A DNA stretch of 63,665 nt, the filler included, from Choristocarpus tenellus KU-1152 (taxonomy: Eukaryota > Protista > Phaeophyceae), in the NCBI GenBank assembly GCA_964200185.2. It is 12 parts of 12 records of this genome, joined end to end, with 100 filler letters (N's around TTAATTAATTAA, not from the genome) between each part and the next. Parts side by side here need not be neighbours in the genome. Positions count along the whole stretch, not along the records: positions 60,638 to 63,665 come from CAXNAD020022829.1; 11 more parts are not named here. One strand, written 5' to 3'. Below are positions 63,450-63,665 of this stretch, piece after piece. Numbering within the stretch: the stretch's first letter is position 1; each line of letters starts with the position of its first letter. Below the pieces are notes generated by a model. It was given only the letters and a program-made list of their open reading frames with translations. It did not search any database and was not told the origin of the DNA. Both the position numbers and the translations under genes were made by a program.

Positions 63450-63587
63450 TAGTTCTGGTAGGGATTCAGTATCGAGTGTAGAATGTGCGTAAGGAAAATA
63501 CACACCAACTAACAACTGATTCAAATCACGAAAAAACATGTTAACATGCAAAAAAAAAAACTCGACATCATTATTAAATATACCTAA

Positions 63588-63663
63588 ATGTGAAAGTGTC
63601 AAAGGTGCCAAGTTCTTTTTTGCTCAAGGGGGCAATCACAATCACCGGACTGAACTCTTTCAC
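63588..63663 (+). repeat. Dispersed repeat nearly identical to 53170-53246
   Basis: AAAGGTGCCAAGTTCTTTTTTGCTCAAGGGGGCAATCACAATCACCGGACTGAACTCTTTCAC at both places. Confidence 0.9.
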
Positions 63664-63665
63664 CT

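Overview
This is not one locus. It is 12 unrelated short contigs joined by 100-bp artificial spacers (N44-TTAATTAATTAA-N44) at 8037, 11580, 18565, 21576, 32119, 36389, 41180, 46180, 49816, 53247 and 60538. The DNA is an intron-rich, TE-rich eukaryotic nuclear genome, most likely a brown alga or close stramenopile (inference from an Ectocarpus-type LINE relic, a GCPWD ankyrin protein, a KYVRREIR tyrosinase and CCCTAA telomere-type repeats). Host genes reconstructed from phase-consistent splice sites: BRUTUS-like hemerythrin protein, tyrosinase, LMBR1-like protein, a small Cys/His zinc-finger protein, one ornithine-decarboxylase exon, an NBS1/nibrin-like C-terminus, a UBA-like plus SAM-methyltransferase protein, and an intronless F-box-like/ankyrin-repeat gene. 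Mobile DNA: copia relics, a LINE relic, two related MITE families (15 copies or ends), and a 9-exon Sola/DUF7869-like DDD transposase pseudogene. Best leads: (1) a candidate transposon system made of the intron-rich Sola-like element and a GAG...CTC, 4-bp-TSD MITE that shares a GTACCCTCTAA motif with it; (2) CpG-island-like gene 5' ends within CpG-depleted gene bodies; (3) contig 41280-46179, with a 77/78-bp satellite in a 310-bp higher-order repeat, triple hairpins and an orphan Cys/His ORF; (4) two consecutive GC-AG introns and a very tight divergent gene pair. All homology calls come from remembered motifs, not database searches.
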